Assembly: GCA_964035545.1 (NCBI GenBank)
Contig: OZ037767.1
Location: 2,925,680-2,989,679, forward strand
Direction of reading: 5' to 3'
DNA: 64,000 bases
DNA from: Bugula neritina
Lineage: Eukaryota; Animalia; Bryozoa
Below the pieces are notes generated by a model, which saw nothing but the letters and a program-made list of their open reading frames with translations, was not told the DNA's origin and did not search any database. The position numbers and the translations under genes were made by a program. Below, piece after piece: positions 24,701-39,700 of this stretch (position 1 is its first letter; each line of letters begins with the position of its first letter).

Positions 24701-27700
24701 GAATTATTTTCAGCTGAATCTTTCAAAACTGTCTTGACCACAGCTTGTCATCCTCAAATCTTGGCATTTGAATAATGTGGAACACTATTTTACTTTTTTT
24801 ATTGAGTTGTCATCCCTTGTAGATTTCGAACGAAGAGTTGGGCAGAGAAATAAATCTAGCAGGCTATGTAGATATTTCCACTCCGGATTTCCCGTCCAAA
24901 CAGTACACTGCATTTGGCACAGTAACTCTTGAGTTCACCACCAATGCCGTCACCGACAGGAAAACAATTGAGGGGTTCAAGTTGCGTTATTCTAAAGGTT
25001 GGTTCTTCTGCACTCTCTGGGGTTTATATAGCTGCAGTATGTGTCACTTATTTTATCAGTTTGTATGTTGCTTGTATGATTGAATATTTTGTATGCTCAC
25101 CGGGCGTATGTTTTTTAATTTCTCTTCTTTTTAAGCAAGTAATTGCATTTTTGTTTTCGAATCTGTTTCACATAGACTGTCCACTTCTGGAGGTCACGGA
25201 ATGGACGAGATTGTCCCAGATCCTCCCCGACAATAACGACTTAGACGACTACAGCACCCGCTATCAGTACGGCCACATAGTGGAAATCGTGTGCGAGTCT
25301 GGTTACGAGTTCCAAGATGATTTCTGGACAGGAAGTATGACCGCGATTGAGTGTCTCTGGGGTGGATTGTGGAACGTCTCAAGAATACCTCAATGCCAGC
25401 GTAAGTTCTGAACACATGCTACTGAACTTGCCTCTACCCATACAATACATTGTAGAATTCGCGCAAGTCTATAGTCGCTGTCCCTGTGAGAACCCCTGAT
25501 GAAAAGGTTTATTTAAGCGAGCTAAAGATTTATCCATATGTGGCACAGGAGAAATTGTGACTGAATGCTCTTTCTATCATCACTGCTGGTGTTTGGACTT
25601 GAACTACTAACCTCATGTTTACTAGGCCAGCTGTCTAACCACTGCACCACAACTACTCATTCTATACGATATTTTATAATTCTTATATATTTTACCTCCA
25701 CTATTTCAGCCGTGTATTGTGGACTTCCTCCCGCCATCATCAGCGGCTATGCTGCTGTTTCGTCGGGAGTTCTGTTTGGTGACGTTGTGACATACGAATG
25801 TTTCGATGGGCTGAATCTGTTGGGAAATGAAAACTCTACCTGCCAGGCTGACAAAACCTGGTCTACACCTCCTCGTTGTTCAGGTCTGTATACGTAGTGC
25901 TATACCCGTGTGCTATATCTACTATACTACATGCTATATCTACTATACTACATGCTATATCTACTATACTACGTGCTATATCTACTATACTACATACTAT
26001 ACTTACTATACTACGTGCTATATCTACTATACTACATGCTATATCTACTATACTACATGCTATACTTACTGTATTACGTGCTATACTTATTAGACTATAT
26101 TCCCACCGTAAACATTACATGTAGTGCTATATTATCAACGCACATATTATACTTTTCAATTTATGGTGATGAAAATCAATCAAAAATTATTGTTTCAATG
26201 TTGATGAAAATTTGATGTTTTGACAATATTATTCTACTTAATACTCCATTTCCATTTCCAATAATCTCGAAATCTTATATTTTGACTTGAAAAATTAAAC
26301 TATATAGATTCTAGAATCTAGATAGTTTCCACTTTTCACATGTCTACTGACAATGTTTTTATGTAACGTTTTACAATACATTTTGAACAGCTCCATCTGG
26401 TGGTAAGCCTTGTGACCCCCCCCCCTCCTTGATTCAAATATGAACTGTGTTAGTCTACTTCAGATTTGTCTTCTCTTTGTGGAATGTATTACTTGTAGGC
26501 GTGACTGTTGATTATTTCTGTGCTGTAGTGAAGATACTGTGCTCCTATCTTTTTTCTAAATATTTTACTGATACCTGTTGATGCTATTTGATTAATGAAT
26601 TTTGTACCATTTCTTCATGATCATTTGATTTCTTGTTTTCTAATCTCATTTCTTCAAGTAAACAATATATTCGTACTTTGGGTTGTACATGACTTACATT
26701 TTGCTTGCATTTTAATAAAAGCTGTTTTTCAGAAATACTTTAATTTACAATATTTTTTAAATATTAGGAAATACTTTTTGACTTCACTTTAAAACAGTTA
26801 AAAAAGCTGGATTTGGCGTTGATGAAAATAATTATTACTCATTTATTATTAGTGCATACCTCGTTACAAACATAGTGACAATAGTATAATCCTGTAGAGG
26901 TGAATTGCACCTTGGAGCAGCCAGGGGATGGAATTGCCTCCCATGTGTTACGAAATGGCACAGCAGAGCCCATTACAAACTCTTCTTACAACTTTGGAGC
27001 TGTAGTAGAGCTGAAGTGTATAGACGGGTACAAGGTCGTAGGGGTCACCTCGATATACTGTAACCAGGATTTTGACTGGAGTGGTGAACTTGGAACCTGT
27101 GAAAGTAAGCATAGATTTCTCCTTATTTTTGCAAGTCTATGCTGTTTCTACTTTCTTTCTTTGCTCAGTGTTGTACCTGTGCCTTTTGAATGTGCCTGAG
27201 GTGTGTTAAACCTACCTGAGGTGTGCTAAACCTAACTGAGGTGTCAGTTTAATGACATTATTGCAATATTGTAACAGACTTCCACTTTAAAGCATTAGTT
27301 TGCATCATTCAATAGATTAAAGCAAGCTAATTGCTAGTTTTAGCAACTCAGAACTGCAAGAAAGTAGTTTTTTAAAGAGCTGTGAAACTTCTCACACATT
27401 TGATATGTTTTTCTGGCTGCAGTCTTGTGTTTAGCTATTAAGTCATGAAATATATTTTATAGTAAATTTGGTTATTCCTCTATTACATTGTTGTGTTATA
27501 TTATTGTATTGTGTTACTGTATTATATTGCTGCATTATATTACTACGTTATATTTTTGTATTTTAGTAGGTACTAAAATGTATTGTATTAAATAAGTATA
27601 TTTACAGTATTAATGTAGCTTGTTATATTATAAGCACTCAATTTAAGACTATGTTTTATCTCAGCCACACCTACTCATATGCAATGAGTAACACAATGTT

Positions 27701-30700
27701 GAAGTTGTCTTGCCTTGCCTATTACAGGAATACATTGCCCGTTTGTACCAGTGATGGACGGCATCATGACAGAAGACGTGTCACAGCGTGATGATTTAGA
27801 GGAGCTAATCTCTAACCACACCTACTTCTATCAACTCTTCACTAATTCGCTAACGTATATTCCTCAGATTGAGTTTGAGGCTAACGTGAGTTCAAATTAA
27901 AGTAGATAGTAATTGTTACAACAGGGAGAAAGTTAATTGTGTTCTCCTAAAACTTTAGTTGACATTTTGAATATAATATGTAAAACGATAATGACTTATA
28001 TTTAAATATTTTGGCATGTTTATTAAACTGTTTTAGTGTGATTAATAAAAATTGATAAGTTTATTTAATATTGAGCTGAAAGCTCGCGAATCACAAACAA
28101 GTGTTTCTAATATTCAAGTCCCAGGGCTTGCCAGTATAAATTAAGTTAATATTTGTCTGTATTCTAATAATTATATTGTTCTCAGAAATTACTTTCTCTG
28201 ATATAAATAAAGGGTTATTCACCCATATCATAGTAGATAGCCATTTGTGCGCCAATAACTGCACTAAGCTATGTATGTCTGACAGGCCACTGTGTGGTGT
28301 AAACCTGGTTATGTAATCAACAACACTGAGTCACAATCAGCCAACGTCTCTTGTGGTGCTGACAGGAGCTTCGATGACGTGCCAGTTTGTGTTGGTAAGG
28401 TTCTTAATTCATCAGATTATTTCTCTATAAACTGTTTATAGACAACAATAAGGAACTGTATGTTGGAATAGACTAGCGAATTTAAATTAGCTTTTAATGT
28501 AGTTATGAAACACTTGAATTGCTTTCTCTACTTGTTTTATGTACTTATTCTAGTGACTTTCCCTAATCATTTGTATAATTTAGCTAATGTAGATATGTTG
28601 TGGGTTATATTTTTTTATTCAAATTCAATTCTTTCATCCATTTTTAACAATAAAGTATAGCAACATAAGACATAGAAATATTGACAAACTAAAACTTCAA
28701 TATCTTTTCTACAACACCTGCCTTGGCATATAGCTATGTAACTATTGAGTCTAACTATAATAAAATTGGTAATGTATGTCAAGCGACCTCTGGTTTAAGA
28801 GATAAATTCATCAGATTGAACTGTTGCAGACTACGATGAGTGCAAGACTAACACCAGTTCCTGTGAAATGCATTGCCACAATACGCCAGGCTCTTATTAC
28901 TGCTCGTGTGATGAGGAGTATAAACTGCTTGACAATGGCACTTGTATTCGTGAGTTGTCTTTCTCTGAACCCACTATATTCCTTTTTTAGCAGTGCATAG
29001 ATGTTAGCATTTTAATGAAGATCAATACACAATACCAAGATAATTTTGCATTGCGTTTTCTATATTCTCAGCTAATAAAATGCTTCCAAAATATTCAAAA
29101 TTTCACTACAAATAAATAATCTTAGCTATGTAAATTGTATAGCATTTTTCTGTCTGGTAGGGAAATGGCTATGTGGTGTATTTATGCTGAAAAGCTTAAT
29201 ACTAACAGCCTTGACTATCTATATAGATGTTAAAAGCTTCTGTAGGAACAATTCAACACCAATATTTCTAAGATATTTACTCTATATCTTCTGTGACTAG
29301 TGATACCCGGGTGTGAAGCAAACAGCGATGCCTGTGATCAGAAGTGTAACAGTACCACTCTCCCTCAGTGGTTCAAGTGCTCGTGTGACCCACCCTATGC
29401 ACTCTACAATGAACTCGGGGCTGAAGGCTGGCATAAACACACTAATGATACAGCAGACCAAATTCTCAGAGTTAACCAGTCCTGTGTCTGTAAGTCTGAT
29501 AAGATATACTGTTGTTTGTTCACCTGTTACATTGTTTATCTTTTACATTGTTTGTGTTGTTTATTTGTTATACTGGCGTGTTGTTTGTTTGTGTTGTGTT
29601 GCTTTTTTGTGGTGTGTTGCTTGTTTATGTTATATTTTTGCTTACCTCTTGACTTTGAATAAATGTAAAAGTTGATTTTAATAATGGGCGATGCTATAAA
29701 ATAAAGTTTGTTATTTTGCCAATTTAAGACATCTGACAGCCTATCTGAACTGTCTATTTACGCAGATTATTTACATGCTAACACAACTTCTTGTTTATAG
29801 TAAAGCAATGTCCATTGGAGGATATCCGAGAGCAACTGATGAACACTACCCTGGTACTCTCTCACGTTGATGACGCCATGTACCCTCTACACTTCAATGA
29901 CTCCGTCACCGTGCTGTGTGCTAGAGGATACACCTACCCTGATGGCAACAGAAGTAAAGAGTTTCACTGTACATTTGATGGTTGGAGAGACATGGATGGA
30001 AACAACATAACTCAGGCTGAATGCTCTCAAGGTATGCTTTGACTTGTATTTTTGCTACTTTTATCAGTCTAGACCATCTGACTCACCTGATATTATATAA
30101 CATCGCCTGACGTAATAGATAACCTGTGATGTATATACCTTCTGTATATTTAATGTGTGAATGAAGTCTTTTTTTTTAATATAAAATATTTTTGAACTGG
30201 TAAAACATAACATGCCTGTACTAAAACAGTGTTTACAGTTAACGTATTTCTTTAGCTGCCCACTTCGTCTGGCTCTCGATGCAAAGGTGTGACTTTGTGC
30301 TTAACCTAGACTTTATTTCATGGGCAGACAATTTCTCATGCTAAAAATGTTTACTAGAACTAGCTCTATTTTGCTGAAGCTGAAACTTTGAGTTGTAGTT
30401 TACGAATGACCTTTATTTCAGAGGTGATCTGCCCAGCTTTTAACCTCACAGTGGATGCAGTCTCCTTCACAACACCGCATGTCCAGACTTGCCCGTATCC
30501 TTTCAACTATGACATAGTCTCATCTTGTGACCTTGACCCAATCACCAATGAGTACGTTCTGTCTTCCGATGTGCTCTGCCCAGGTATGTGTTTGAAATCA
30601 CGTGACTAAGCTAGATATCCTAATGTGGTTCTAGCTAAGTGCTGGTTTACATTCAAGTGTAATTTGAATTTTATAAACACTGTCATGATGTTGCCTTACT

Positions 30701-33700
30701 GATTTGAGTGATGAATTACAGTGGTGGATTGTGGACCCCCTGACCAGGAGCAGACGCTAGGGGGCACTAAGCTTTCTGTCGGATGTACAACACTCAACTG
30801 CAGCTTTGAGTTTCAGTGTGACGGAGGCAAAGAACCGTTACCTATCGGCATCTCTACCACGATCACCTGCATGGCTGACGGGAAGTGGAATTACTCAAGC
30901 ATCTACTGTGAAGGTCCGATTGAATATATAATATATGTATATATATAATATGTATAATATGTATAATATTCTCTCTCAAGTTTAATACAGGCTCAGATTT
31001 GTGAGTGTTTTACTTAACGTGTTGAATAGACATTGTCATATGTAAGTTATGGTGCACTGGGTACTGAGATGTGCTAGACTCATAGCTTTATAAAGTTATG
31101 TTTTCATTTTGAATTAGTATCACTGATGCATGTTTTTTATCCATGGCTAATGTAACAGCGTCATCTGCAAACATTTTTTGTTGTTGGTGTTGCTTTTAAA
31201 CTTGTGGCAGAAAATGCTGTAGTGATTTAACTCCTACATTACATGTTCGTTTGACAGCTATTCTGGGCAGATTCAGTGATACCCAACAGCAAAACATTTA
31301 ATTTTAACTTTGTGATTTTATCAGCTTGGATTTCTCTCAGTAAAAACTAACTGGACTATTGGATTGGCTGACATTGAAACGGTATAAGTAAGCTGCAGCA
31401 CGACACAGTTCCAATAATGCAGTAACTGTGACATGTCCTTGAGTTAAGGTCACATCCTAATCTATATAACAATTCATGGTAAAACCTAAAATCGCGTTTA
31501 GATTTTACTAAGCTCATGTCTCTGTCTTTCTTACCCCTTGTTTTACCTTACCACGAGGATTCCTTTTGTATACTAGGTACAACCTGTCAGGATCCCGGTA
31601 CAGTGTTTGGGACATACAGATCTGCCTCTAAAGATATGGGTGATAACAAGACTATTAGTCTATCAAACCTGAAGAGCGGAGGAAAGATCTACTACGACTG
31701 TATCAACCCTGGCTACACTCTCTCCAGTGGTGGCAAACTCGTTGAGTATACATCCTGTGACGGCTCAATCTTTTTTCCAAACGTTTCTCTGTTTGAGTGC
31801 ATCGGTAGGCCACAAGTCTTCTTTAAAAATCTTTTTTTTATTTTTTTACAATCTATGTTATAATATTTAAGGCACAAATAGCCACCGCACTAGGAGTTTA
31901 TTGTGTCTGCAGGTGCTAGTACATTGTTATGTCACTGCAGGTGTTAACACATTGGCATGTCACTGCAGGTTTTGGCACATTGGCATGTCACTGCAGGTGC
32001 TAGTACATTTGCATGTTACTGCAGGTGTTAGCAGATTTAAATTATATGCACAGTTTTTATATTTGAAGTCTCATAAAATTTTAGTTTGTCAACTTCTAGC
32101 TTTGCTGTTGATTGTTTGAAATTTTGAACATCCAACTTTAAAGTTATGCCGATGCTAATAAAAGCGATATCTTGATTTTGTTTGCACTTTGAATATCCAC
32201 AGACACGGAGTCACCCGTCGTCCCTTACTGTCCCTCTCAGATTGAAGTGTTTAGGTTTCACGGCTATCAAGAGGCACCATTTGATGCTGATGGGTTCATG
32301 GGTTACGGCTCTCCACTTTTCACTGATAATGCAGGTAGGTTTTTGCTAACATCTTTCCAGTTGCCTATATGTAAGTCTGTCTATGTGTATGTATGTCTGT
32401 GTCTGTCTGCGTGTAGGACTGTTGGCAGACACACAGGCAGACAGCTTGACTGACTTTAGTCATATTTATACTTTGAAGTTGAATGAGTGTTGGTTGCAGG
32501 TATTAAGGAGATTGTGATACAGCCCTACACCTTCCATTCCCAGCACATATTCTCCGAGGACCTCAACGTCTCATTTACGGCATATGACTTCGTAGGTTCC
32601 AGTACCCCCTGTTCAATTCAATTCATTGTCGTTGGTGAGTATAAAGTGCAGCAGCGGCAGCAGCGGTAACTTGTCTTATATGGAGAAGAGAAAGTATAAT
32701 GTACACATTGTGTATGTAAAACACGTTTTGTAAAGTACATCATAGTTGGTGATTTCTTAGACAGTTTGATTTTAAATTTAAGAAATCAATATAATATTTG
32801 CTCTATCCAAGCCTTTCTTACTGGTAATGCTGTTCCTTGTTTGTTAAGTGCAATCATATTTTAAAAAATATGAATTCTATCTGATTCTTACGCAATATAC
32901 TGCAATAAAGCAAAATAGCAATTTCTTATTAATTATATGTTAAACAATTTCCTATTAACAGCATCTATATGGTTGATTAGTTATCTTCTCTTTATAGACC
33001 CAACTCCCCCTACCATTCAATGTGGCACAATATACGTGGCTACCAATGCATCGATACCAGAGGTACAGCAATAAAACCAGCAAATATATTGAGTTAAAGT
33101 TGTCTCTTCAACATAAAATATCAATTCTAATTTTACTAGAATTCTCACTAAAATTTTGTCAACACGTCACTTGCAACGTTGCTGTAGGTGGTAGTGACAG
33201 ATGAGATGGTACTCAGCGCTGTCGTCATAGACGCGTCATCAGCTTATGAGTACGTAGAGGTAGAGATGTCGACAGCTGACAGGACGGTCAACACCACCAA
33301 CGCTCTGGATATGGTGGATAGAATAGCTGTCGTGAGGGTACACAGGGTCTTCTATAGTGGCGATGTCTTCATGGGAAAGAATCGAACCAATAACATAACT
33401 CAAACTGCTGAATGCCAGGTCGTGGTGGTGCCTCAACGTAAGTGTGCATTTACATTCAACCACACTAGTGATTACACGCTCACGCACATACACACATAGC
33501 ACGGTACATACAAATGCCTCACCTGCAATACTAATAATCTGATTGCAGCTGATCTATGTGACATCCAGTATGCTCCATCTCCTGCCGGTGCCGACAGAAC
33601 TTGCGTGGAGTTAGAGAACGGCACACAGGAATGTAACTACACCTGTCAGCAACCTAACGGGCTTTTCTTCCAGGTCTCTGGCAACCTTGAGAATACGGCC

Positions 33701-36700
33701 ACCTCGACCTGCTCCAACTCTAGTATTGGCTACACTCCAGTCTACGACTGTGTCGGTAAGACTTGAGTCTTTCTGTCTCCTCACAGCTCTTCATGTTTCC
33801 ACAATGATTGGCCTGGGCTCTTTGTTTCTAGATCTTATCCAGTCTAGATTGTTAAGAGAACAGATGCAGCTAACTCAAACCGAGGATTTTTAGCTCAGTA
33901 TCAACCCTGCATCAACTCCATGGATTGATTGTAAAATATTTTTTAATTTAATATAACTTCCGGCAGTTCAGAGTTCAAGCCATCAGAAATATATTATTAG
34001 CTTTCAGATTCACATGTTTTATCTTTATTCTTGTCACGTTTAGCCGGCCTAATCTTTTAATTCCCAATTTCTAATTGGCAACAGCCGCAGTATAATATAT
34101 TTCATTTGGTAATTGGAGTTTTTCAACAAAATAAAACTGACTATAATGAGGAGACCTTCACAGTGTTTAGTTGTCAGTATAATAAATTCTATAGTTGATT
34201 TTAGAATATATATTACTGTATCCTATATTACATCATATGTAATATACATTGGTGTGTTTTGCACAGAAAGCGGACTGGCCGGTATTTTCACTGCCCACCT
34301 TGTTCTGCAAGTTCCCAGGCCCAGCACTGCCTGTGTAAACGCATTCACTACTGGATACAAAGACTGGTTTCTGAATGACTATTGCCAGGGAGCCGTAGAA
34401 GACATTGTTATCTACACCCAACTACGGGGGTCTCCCGTTGATATATCTACAACTGTTGCCACTAACGTAGGTTTTTTTCTTATTTTTTGCAGTTTTCAGT
34501 TTTTTTTTGTGTATATTGCACTAGATTGAATATTCACATTAGATTAAAGAGTTGAGCATAGTTTTTATATTTTTGTTTAGAAATATCCCCTATAGATTTG
34601 TATATTCTTTTAACCGAATTTAATGTTGGTAATAAGATGCCTTTCTTAGTGGTAACCGTAGTGATGGTGGAGCAGCTATGGCGTTGGCTGAGCTGTATAA
34701 TTGACTAATAGTGATGGCAGGAAGCCATGTTGAAGCCTCTAATCGTACACATAGGGTTGTTAAGACACATGCAGCTAATAAGCGAATTAGAATTCCTGAC
34801 AGTAGAAGAGTTTATCACAAGAAAATTAAGAACACTTTAGCTGTTTTATTTTTAAAAATTGACTTTGTTGTCTAAGATTTTCATAATTCATTGTACTGAA
34901 ATAGTACACCGAGTTCTGAAGCCCTAACAACTGCACTCAATCACCCCAACTCGGTACTGCTAATAGCTGCTTTTCTGATTTCTATTCATTGTGGTGACAA
35001 CTCCTATATTCTCTGTCTAGAATGCTCTGATGACTGCCACCCCAACTATCGTGCTCATACCCAAGAGCGGTGAGGAAGGAACTGAAATAATCTGCACCGG
35101 GAGCGAAGACCTATCTGTGATAGACTCGTGTCTCTCCGGAGCCACTTCTACTATTGACCCTATAAAGTTCTTCTGTGAGAACGCTGATTACTCACCCATT
35201 CAAACTGTTCAGAACAATGTGACCATTTACTCTTGCTGTGAGTATATCATACACAGTCAAACCATGACCCAAATGTTACTGAGCTATTTTTAATATTATG
35301 GTCAGACAAGACTGTCTATTAAAATAGAATACAGAATATGTTACGAATGTCTTATTGATAAGCTAAACGCTTTTTACTAGAAATGTTTATATTGACATAC
35401 CTGTTTCTGTGTGTCATTTAACTCTCACTCTTGATGTTTTAGTCAACTGTCCCGCTGGGACATTTCTCGATGAAGGTGATTGCAAAGCCTGTCCAATCGG
35501 AACCTTCCTTTCATCTCCTGGTGCGAACACACTGTGTGAACAGTGCCCGGAAAATTATACCACCATCGAAAAGGGAGGAGTGTGTAAACGTAAGTTTTAC
35601 TTATATTCTAATGCACTCAGTTGATGTAATTGTGAAGTGTACATTTTCTCTGTCAGTCTATAATAAAATTTAATAATCAGATTTCTAATTAGCAATTTCT
35701 ACATTTTTAACTCGGACTTTTACTTTGTAATGCAATCATTTAAGTTTTAGCAACTTCATAATTTCTAGAGTTTCTTTCTAATTCTGACATTTAGATGTGC
35801 ACTATTAAATGGTGAATTGAGATACATCAGATGCTAAAAGAGTTCTATTATTTTTGCAATGTATTAGTTCACTGTGATAATGCCCGCAATGAAGTGTGTT
35901 GGCCTAAACTTGTAACTATTTATTTTCAAATGATAATGGTTTTGCAGCTTTCTGCGGAGAGGGATACGTCTCAGATACAGGTGTCTACCCGTGTTCACCT
36001 TGTCCAGTAAACCACTACTCTCTTAACAACACACACTGTGAGATGTGTCCCTCCGGCACCAAAGGACGAAGTAACGCGCAGTCGTCATCTGATTCCTGTA
36101 GACGTAAGTGTCTTAGTCAGAGTTGTGTCCCCTACATGTACATACGTCCCTATATCTGTACATACACTCACCTACCTGTACATGCATGTACATAGCTGTA
36201 CATACATTCACCTACCTGTACATACATTCACCTAGCTGTACATACACTCACCTACCTCTACATACATGTACATTCACCTAGCTGTACATACATTCCCCTG
36301 GCTGTACATACACACATATACTTATTTTACACACATGAAGCAATGTATAGCCAATTCGTGTTACTTCTAAACAGCGAAATGTGCTGCTGGCACATACTCA
36401 TATGATGGATACGTACCGGACGATGGAGAGTGTAGAGAATGTCCAGTCAACTTCTTTCAAAGTGATGTCGGTGCGACTGAGTGCATCAGGTGATCTATTA
36501 TATTCATTCTCACCTCAACAATAACTCACTGAGCTCTTAATCAATTTACTTTATATAACACTCTTCTGATTAACATTTATGTTGGTGAAATGCTGGTTTC
36601 TAGTGAATGTATATTCTCTAGTTGCCAGCGTTTCATTTATAATATAGAAATCTCATTTCCGAAAGTTGTTTTTTAATAGCTGATGACATAGATTTTTGAT

Positions 36701-39700
36701 AACCTGTTGTTTTTAGTTAATTCTAAAAACACATTCATAATACTACTAATACTAGTAATAGTCGTGATACTAGTTCTACTACTTACACTAGTAATAGCCG
36801 TGATGCTAGTAATACTACTGATATTTATGTAAAAGTTTTTCCCCCACTGGGATTCAAACCACAGACCTCCGGCTTGCAAGCTCAAGATCGCTAACCAATT
36901 ACACCACAGGGGCTTCCTAACAGCAATTTATAATACTGATAATAGTCGTGATACTAGTAATGCTGCTAATACTATGGATACTACTAATACTACTAATACT
37001 AGTAATAGCCGTGATACTAGTAATACTACTGATACTCATAACACTGATACTACCAATACTACTAATACTAGTAATAGTCATGATACTACTTACTTATCCT
37101 TGTGATGTTTCGTGTCTAGTAAAGTAATCTGTCTGCTGTAGATGCAATGACACTGACTACACTAATGGTCTCACTGGGCAAACTGAGTGCACTCTCTTCT
37201 ACACCGACTGTCCTAATGACGTCAGAGCCAACTGCTCAAACTCCTTCAGTTGTGATGTCAAAGATGGACTCTTCTTTTGCTCATTGGGCTGTGAAGATGA
37301 TCTTGGTAAGCTATTCTGTTCATTTTCTCTCAGATTTGTAGACAATTAGTGTAAGAGAAATTTATGTTTTCGCAAGAATTTCAACCAGTATTCATGAAGA
37401 TAATTTAATATCTTGGCTATTGAAATATCTTCGTTACTGCACCTAAATAAGTTTTTTGTAACAATATCAAATTATACTTTTGCCTAATACGCTAATTTTA
37501 TTGGGTTTATTGTTCTGTACTGGTATATTCATCAGTTGATAGAGCTTATGATGATGGATGTTTTATATAATGTAATTCTAGTTAGCATTTATTTTATTCA
37601 TGGTTGCAATGTAGAGCACTGCTATTTTTCAATTTTCTTTGTCTAGTAAATCATGGAAGCATCTGTAACCTACCCACAACCCCCTGTATATCCAACTCTT
37701 GTGATCCACGGGGCACTATCGACTGCGTAGACGGGAAATGTGTCTGCAATTCTGGTGAGTCATGACTATATGTATAGTGAATAGCCAATCAGTGTCCTGC
37801 TTTAGACAAGTCAGCCAATTGTTGCACTCTACTAAGATTTGCGTATAAAGTTGATAAACTATTACTACTGGCAATTCCATCATAAGTAATGAAAGGTTTT
37901 AGTAAAATGAACTATTATTTTGATTTCTTGTCTAATTGTGTCAAATAGTTTTATTTAAATGTAGAGTAGTTCCAATTCTTTGGTCCCCTGCATATACACA
38001 GCTGGCTAGTGTTAAGTTGCATTTACACCTCTGCTGAAAAAAAGCACCGAGTTTCAGTTAATTCACTTATCCGGGTACCCGTTTATAGTTTTACTGAAAA
38101 TCGTTAAAATCATATTGATGCTGAAGCTTACTTTCTAAAAGTGAAATATGACTCGATTAATCGCTATTTGATGCTCTTTGAAGACGTAATGAATTCGTCA
38201 AGTTTACAGCATAAAGGTAATAATTGAGAAAGCGTAGGCCAATATAATTATAAGCATGAAGCTTTTGCTTGAATCGCTGAAGCGTTATTTAACGCTTTTT
38301 GAGTACGTCATCTAGTCACCGAAGTCATAATAGAATACGGATATCTACAAGGAGTTGTTCTATTTGATTGCTATTCTGAAATTGGCCGATTAAGTAATCA
38401 CAGTGCAAAAATTTTGATGAGTGGCTTTTAAAATGCAATGCAGCTCGGTGAAATTTCAACTCGACCCAATTGAATTTCTGACTGAAAATCGTGGAGGTAT
38501 AAACGCAACTTTACTCTGGCTGTAAGAATCTATCTACACACTAGTCACTGTATACTCTATCTGTTAGATTACATCTACATACTAGTCACTGTATACTCTA
38601 TCTGTTAGATTACATCTACACACTAGTCACTGCTGTATACTCTATCTGTTAGAATACATCTACATACTAGTCACTGTATACTCTATCTGCATACAGCAAT
38701 TGCCGAAGGAGAGTTCTGTGAAGTGATGCGACCAGCTCCAACTCTCAACTGTGAAAATGGTGGAGAGGCGTTTGCCATGGTAGATGGGCACTCTCCTGGA
38801 GCAAACATCTCTCACGTGTGCTTGTGTGGAGGTCCTTGGAGTGGAAAAAAGTAAGTGAAGAGGTTCTTGTAAGTTGTACCTAGCTTTCCTACTTCCTAAT
38901 ACACCATAATCACAGCGTAGTCACAGCATAGTAACAGTGTGTCACAGCATAGTCACAGTATAGCAACAGTGTGTCACATGCACCATTGTAAACTTTAACA
39001 TATACATTGTTACAGTGCATTAATCAGTTTAAAATTTTATTCTTGTTTATGGCTTAGTGACCTTTTAACAGCTGGCCTGGTAATAAAAGTTATAAATGTA
39101 TAATTCATGTTTGTGGTTTTGCCAGTGTTTACTCTCAGGACAGATAAACTGTTATAAAATATAACGTACCACACATATGCTGACCCTCAAGGAATAAAAT
39201 GAAATGCTGTATTTTTTAGTTGTACAGAAATTGAAGACAAGTGTGATGCTAGCCCTGCCCCTTGTGTCGAAGGTCAATTTGCCGAGTGTGTCAGCGAGGA
39301 TGTCCGTGCGCGGTGTGAGTGCACCATGGGATATACCGGATACGACTGTAACACAGAAATTGGTATGACATCAAGTTTACACTACGCCATTGCTTACTGG
39401 TTTACTTTTTTCGCAAGATGATCTTTTAAATGAATTCAGTAATGTTGTTACATTTTTTGCATGAATTGCGCTTGACGAGTTCTAGCTATAATAAAAAAGG
39501 ATCAATTTTAAGATACATTTTCAATTGAAGTTTTCTATTTGTGTATAATAGCTGCTGTTTTACTAATAAAATAACATATTGCAACTGCTGATTTCATGAA
39601 TTTAAACAATGATTATAAATTCCTACTTCATCTAGATGGCTGCATCAGTTCTCCGTGCATGAACGGCGGGACATGTTCGGACGTGCCGGGGGATCAGGTT

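Larger units (their letters stand above)
21239..24997 (+). other. Three CUB domains of gene 2
   Basis: YPENSVCIY, ITSPGFD, SSPGY/YPVNYACTY, DFIEIY, DDFLK and GRGFSV/SRGFKI/EGFKLRY motifs across 7 exons. Confidence 0.85.

Noticed and set aside
23764-26215. Tyr/Ile/Leu-rich ORFs (also 14153, 42044, 57560, 62708)
   Set aside because: Translations of AT-rich micro- and minisatellites.
36841-36913. Functional tRNA-Ala(TGC) gene
   Set aside because: Acceptor, anticodon and T stems have mismatches and the T-loop reads TTT rather than TTC; treated as a SINE head or pseudogene.
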